Source of the DNA: Pseudomonadota bacterium
GTDB lineage: Bacteria; Pseudomonadota; Gammaproteobacteria; Xanthomonadales; Xanthomonadaceae
NCBI GenBank assembly: GCA_020161335.1
Contig: JAIUOJ010000001.1
Span: 38,809 to 102,808, forward strand
Length of the DNA stretch: 64,000 nt
Reading direction: 5' to 3'
The position numbers were made by a program, and so were the translations under genes. Each line of letters begins with the position of its first letter. Within the stretch, counting starts at the first letter, position 1. Shown here piece by piece: positions 60,147-64,000 of the stretch. The notes below the pieces were generated by a model, which made no database searches, had not been told where the DNA came from, and saw nothing but the letters and a program-made list of their open reading frames with translations.

Positions 60147-62606
60147 TCAGAACCGGTAGCTCACGGTCGCGCCGATGGTACGCGGCAACGCGACCAGCGC
60201 CTTGGATCCGTTGCCGAAGTAGCCTTCGCTCGGTGCCGTGCCCATGTACTGCTCGGTGTAGACGCCGCTGACGCCTTCCTCGTTGGCCAGGTTCTTCAGC
60301 CACAGCGTAAAGTCCCAATTGCCCACGCCGTAGGTCGCAGAAGCATTGAAGATGGCGTAGCCGTCCAAAGTGCGCGCGAAGCGCGGACTGAGGCTGAGCG
60401 CGTTCTGCATCTCCGACTGGTAGTAGGCGTCGCCGCGCAGCGTCAGCAGACCATTGCCGATCGGGATACCGTAGCTGGCGGCGACGTTGAAGCGGTGCTC
60501 GGGAACGCCGGGCAGCGCATCGCCCTTGTGGCCGTAGAGATAGGCGCCGTCGACCGCCACCGCGTCGCGTTCGAGCTGCGCCCTGGTGTAGGTGTAACCC
60601 AGGCTGTAGCCGAACCCGGTGATCGCGTGCCCGGCCAGCTCCAGCTCGACGCCGCGCGTACTCGCCTTCTCTGCGTTCTGCACCGCGAAGAAGCCCCACA
60701 GCGTGGTCGAGCTGTTGACCTGCGGATCCTTCCAGTCGACATAGAACACGTTGGCATTGTAGGTCGTGCTGCGGCCGACGCGGCCCTTCACGCCCAGCTC
60801 GTGGTTGCGCACGGTGTCGGACTTGTAGGTCCGCCACGCCGGATCCTCGGCGAAGTTTCCGGTGGTCGGCGTGCCGTTCGTGCCGCCACGGCGATAGCCT
60901 TCTGAGACGGTGGCATAGAGTTGGCTGTCCGGCGTGAAGAACCACGACATGTTGCCCTTGAACAGGGTGCGGGTATCGGTTTCCTCGCCGTTCGACCGGG
61001 AGCTGTCCACGAGCGAGGCCCAGTTGCTGGTGGTTTGCGCGACCGTCGTGTCGGCGTCGTGGCGGAAGTGACGGAAGCCGCCGGTGAAGCTCAGGCGTTC
61101 GCTGGCGTGCCAGGTCAGCTCGCCGTACAGGGCGGTCTCCTTGAATCGCTCGTCCTGGCGATAGTCGAAGTCGACGTCGCCGATCACCGCGTCCTCGAAG
61201 CCGGGGAACGCGGCGTCCCACCAGCGCTTGAAGCCGCGCAGGTAGCTCAGCTGCGTGGCATAGCGCTTCTGGTCCTGGTAGTACGCGCCGAGCACGTAGT
61301 CGAATCTTCCGCCGGACTTCGAGGTCAGGCGAAACTCCTGGGTCAGCGCCTTCTCGCCGTAGCTGCGCACCGCCGAGGCCAATGGCCGTGGATAGTTGTA
61401 GTAGAACGCCAGCCAGCCATTCTGCGCGTAGAAGCCGGTGTTCTCGCTGGTGATGTCACCTTCGTGGTTGTACTGTGAGGTGCTGGAGGTAAGGGTGGCG
61501 AAGCCAAGATCGATGTTGGCCTCGAGGCTGGCGAGGTTGACGTGACGCGCGGCGGGCTCTCGCTGCACCGAGCCGATCTCAAGATCCCCGTAAGGCACGC
61601 CCCAACCGTCGTTCCCCAGGCTGGTGCCACGGCGGCCGCCGAAGCGGTCGGCCTGGGCGGTGTAGCTCAGGGTGAGGTCGAAGGCGTCGCTGGGCTTCCA
61701 CAGCAGCGAGGCGCGGCCGTACTTCTGGCGCACGAAGTCGGCGTCGCGCACGGTCTCGTACTCGGCGGCGGGGTCAAGCACGCCGTTGGGCGCGGTCGGC
61801 AGGCCGTCCGCGTCGAGCTTGTAGACGTTTCGGTAGTCGGTGGCGCCGGGATAGTCGTTGATCGTGCCGTTGACCCGCAGAGCCACCGTCTCGCCCATCG
61901 GCAGGTTGACCATGAACGACTCGGACATGCCAACGCTGTCGGAACCATCGACGCTCGAGGCGCTCAGGCTGACGCGCGCGTCCCAGTCGGACAGCTGGGG
62001 CTGGCGTAACAGGAAGCGCACCGCGCCGCCGAGCGCGCCCGAGCCGTACAGCGTGCCCTGCGGGCCGCGCAGCACTTCCACCCGGTCGATGTCCGAAAGC
62101 AGGAAGTTGGCGAACAGAGGGGTGTTGTCGACGTACGTGGCCACCGTTGAGGTCGCCGACACTGCGTAGTCGCCCAGTGCGGAGCTGTCGACGTTGAGGC
62201 CGCGGATGCGGATGCCGCTGACCACGCTGGAGTTGCGGGCGCCGCGGTCGACCACGGCTACGCCAGCGACGCCACGCATCAGCTCGGCGGTGTCGAGGAT
62301 GTTCTGCTGCTCGATCGCCTCGCCGGAGACCGCGCTGATGTTGTAGGGCACCGCGACGATGTCCTGCTCGCGGCCCTGTGCCGTGACCACCACCGCCTTG
62401 AGCTCGGTGGGCTGATCGACGGAGTCGGCGGGCGCTTGGGTCTGCTGGGCAAAGGCTGGCGCTTGTGTAAGCAGGCCGGCGAAGATGCCGGCAGCAAGCA
62501 GGGTTTTGCGCGGACGGACGGGGGGGGAGGGGCGGTTGGGCCGGGTGTTCATCGGGTCTGGCTCTCCGAGCGGGAGTCTGTGGTGGTGCGGGGGTTGCGG
62601 GTTCAT
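60147..62606 (-). CDS. TonB-dependent receptor, up to 819 aa (alternative start 62552)
   Basis: Signal peptide (AFAQQ), VVVTAQGRE, DIDRVEVLRGPQGTLYGSGALGGAV, C-terminal PRTIGATVSYRF. Confidence 0.95.
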   Translation of the reverse strand: MNPQPPHHHRLPLGEPDPMNTRPNRPSPPVRPRKTLLAAGIFAGLLTQAPAFAQQTQAPADSVDQPTELKAVVVTAQGREQDIVAVPYNISAVSGEAIEQQNILDTAELMRGVAGVAVVDRGARNSSVVSGIRIRGLNVDSSALGDYAVSATSTVATYVDNTPLFANFLLSDIDRVEVLRGPQGTLYGSGALGGAVRFLLRQPQLSDWDARVSLSASSVDGSDSVGMSESFMVNLPMGETVALRVNGTINDYPGATDYRNVYKLDADGLPTAPNGVLDPAAEYETVRDADFVRQKYGRASLLWKPSDAFDLTLSYTAQADRFGGRRGTSLGNDGWGVPYGDLEIGSVQREPAARHVNLASLEANIDLGFATLTSSTSQYNHEGDITSENTGFYAQNGWLAFYYNYPRPLASAVRSYGEKALTQEFRLTSKSGGRFDYVLGAYYQDQKRYATQLSYLRGFKRWWDAAFPGFEDAVIGDVDFDYRQDERFKETALYGELTWHASERLSFTGGFRHFRHDADTTVAQTTSNWASLVDSSRSNGEETDTRTLFKGNMSWFFTPDSQLYATVSEGYRRGGTNGTPTTGNFAEDPAWRTYKSDTVRNHELGVKGRVGRSTTYNANVFYVDWKDPQVNSSTTLWGFFAVQNAEKASTRGVELELAGHAITGFGYSLGYTYTRAQLERDAVAVDGAYLYGHKGDALPGVPEHRFNVAASYGIPIGNGLLTLRGDAYYQSEMQNALSLSPRFARTLDGYAIFNASATYGVGNWDFTLWLKNLANEEGVSGVYTEQYMGTAPSEGYFGNGSKALVALPRTIGATVSYRF

Positions 62607-63472
62607 TCGCGTGCGGGCAGCCGCAGCGGGCCGAGCGCATCGAGTGCCACCGACGGCGCGCGCGCGGCGCCGTAGGCGGGAAAGACCACCGGGTAGTCGC
62701 GGAGGCTCTTCAGCGGCTGCCCCAGTCCCTGCCAGCCGAGTTCGCGGCAGCGACGCAGGTAGGTGAAGTCAACTTCGAAGGCGATCACCTCACGGCCGTC
62801 ACCGGCCTGGTGGATCACCTCGCCACCCGGCCCGCAGACCACCGAGCGGCCGACGCCGAGATCACCGGCCACGTTGATGTCGACGAAGTAGCATTGGTTG
62901 GTGGCTGCGCTGGCGCGGGCGATCGCGATCTCGACGTCGCGGTCGATGGTGTTGGTCATCGTTGGGTGCAGGATCACCTCGGCGCCGAGGCTGATCAGCG
63001 AGCGTGTGGTTTCCGGGAACCACATGTCGTAGCAGATGGACACGCCGAAGCAGCCGGCGCCAGGCACGCTGAAGGTCACGAACTCATTGCCCGGCGATAC
63101 GTCGCGCTCGTACGGCGCGAACGGGAACAGCTTGCGGTAGCGTGCGACCACGGTACCGTCCGGGGCAATCACCGGCGTAGTGTTGTACAGCTTGTCGTCG
63201 TCGCGCTCGTACAGCGAGCCGGGTACCAGCCACAGGCCGTGGCGGCGGGCGAGTCCACACAGGAAGGTTTCGGCGTCGCCAGGCATGACCTGGGCAAAAT
63301 CAGTGTTCGCGCCATAGCTGCACAGTTCCCCGAGCAGGACCATGCGCACCCAGGGGAAGCGACGCGCGAGGGAGGCGATCTCCGCAGAGATGCGCTCCAG
63401 GTTGTCACCGGGCGCATAGGCGAGTTGCAATCCCGCGATGCCGAAGCCCGTGCTGGGCGGCTGCGTGTCCAA
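62603..63472 (-). CDS. Carbon-nitrogen hydrolase (nitrilase/amidase superfamily), 289 aa
   Basis: E-K-C triad: LLGELC, YRKLFP, ICYDMWFPE; LVPGSLYE, LYNTTPVI. Confidence 0.92.
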   Translation of the reverse strand: MDTQPPSTGFGIAGLQLAYAPGDNLERISAEIASLARRFPWVRMVLLGELCSYGANTDFAQVMPGDAETFLCGLARRHGLWLVPGSLYERDDDKLYNTTPVIAPDGTVVARYRKLFPFAPYERDVSPGNEFVTFSVPGAGCFGVSICYDMWFPETTRSLISLGAEVILHPTMTNTIDRDVEIAIARASAATNQCYFVDINVAGDLGVGRSVVCGPGGEVIHQAGDGREVIAFEVDFTYLRRCRELGWQGLGQPLKSLRDYPVVFPAYGAARAPSVALDALGPLRLPARE

Positions 63473-63786
63473 ATCGGGTTCCCATTGTCTGGTGTCGGTT
63501 GGACGTTAGCCGGGTCAGGAAAATCGGATAGGGCCAGATGCGCACGGTCGATGGGGCCAGGTGCCGGAGGCGAGCCCCGTGGCGTGTCGTCAGGGTGTCG
63601 AGAGCGAGCCTCTCCCTTTCGTGTCGATGCGCGTGAGTCCGCGAAACCCTCCATTGCCGGACCGGCATGCCACGCGCAGCCGGGTTCGAAGGCCTGTTCC
63701 TGCCCATGCGTCCTGATTGGACCCATCCGCGGCTGTCGATGAGGGCCTGCCAGAGACGGCGACGGGAACCACGGCTGTCTTCCCGC

Positions 63787-64000
63787 CTAGCGCCGCACGC
63801 TGTCCACGTCCCTTCGTGACCTCCGGATGATCACCGCGGTGTCCACCAGCATCCCGGTCTCGCTGTACCAGCGCAGTTGGTCCGAATCGATCACGATCGA
63901 GAATGCAGCCGCCTCGCCGTAAGCCCACTGCTGCCACTGCCGGCACCACAGGTCGCCCTCGATCCACCAGCGACCCTGGTCGCAGTCCTCGCCGCCGGCG
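63787..64000 (-). CDS. C-terminal fragment of a protein starting beyond the window; possibly a transcriptional regulator
   Basis: Manual translation: AGGEDCDQGRWWIEGDLWCRQWQQWAYGEAAAFSIVIDSDQLRWYSETGMLVDTAVIIRRSRRDVDSVRR*; TAG at 63787-63789. The regulator guess is from context only. Confidence 0.55.
   Translation of the reverse strand, partial: AGGEDCDQGRWWIEGDLWCRQWQQWAYGEAAAFSIVIDSDQLRWYSETGMLVDTAVIIRRSRRDVDSVRR

Overview
High-GC window from a probable Xanthomonadaceae/Lysobacteraceae chromosome (taxon inferred from gene content). Left to right: (1) an mdeB-type 2-oxoacid dehydrogenase E1 cut by the window edge, a cytochrome b561 plus intradiol-dioxygenase-like pair, a divergent ECF sigma/FecR anti-sigma pair and an ICMT-family gene (1-6.6 kb). 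(2) A ~26.6-kb defence-rich block (~6.7-33.3 kb) abutting the 3' end of tRNA-Arg(CCG). It holds two different HipBA modules, a pRiA4b-ORF3 gene, a type I-C CRISPR array (147 repeats/146 spacers by manual count), cas3-cas5-cas8c-cas7-cas4-cas1-cas2, a dead IS3-family element and an uncharacterised three-gene operon (HTH protein, UDG-superfamily glycosylase, HEPN protein). (3) A GalNAc utilisation locus: agaS-agaK-agaZ-agaR-agaA with divergent GH31, TonB-dependent receptor and MFS. (4) ubiA, an HdeD-family gene, a DUF11 ORF, comF, bioB, bioF and an EmrE-like transporter. (5) An uncharacterised uptake/catabolic cluster: C-N hydrolase, TBDR, TPR-sulfotransferase, MFS, GabD and a serine hydrolase. 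The most notable observation is in the 358-bp cas3-cas5 gap. A degenerate CRISPR repeat is followed by a spacer-like sequence matching (15/17 nt, first 11 exact, TTT/TTC PAM) a site ~220 bp upstream, with a small hydrophobic ORF between them. This is the architecture of a CreTA/CreR-like CRISPR-repressed toxin or cas-autoregulatory RNA, here in a type I-C system. All calls come from reading sequence and motifs only; no database searches were run.
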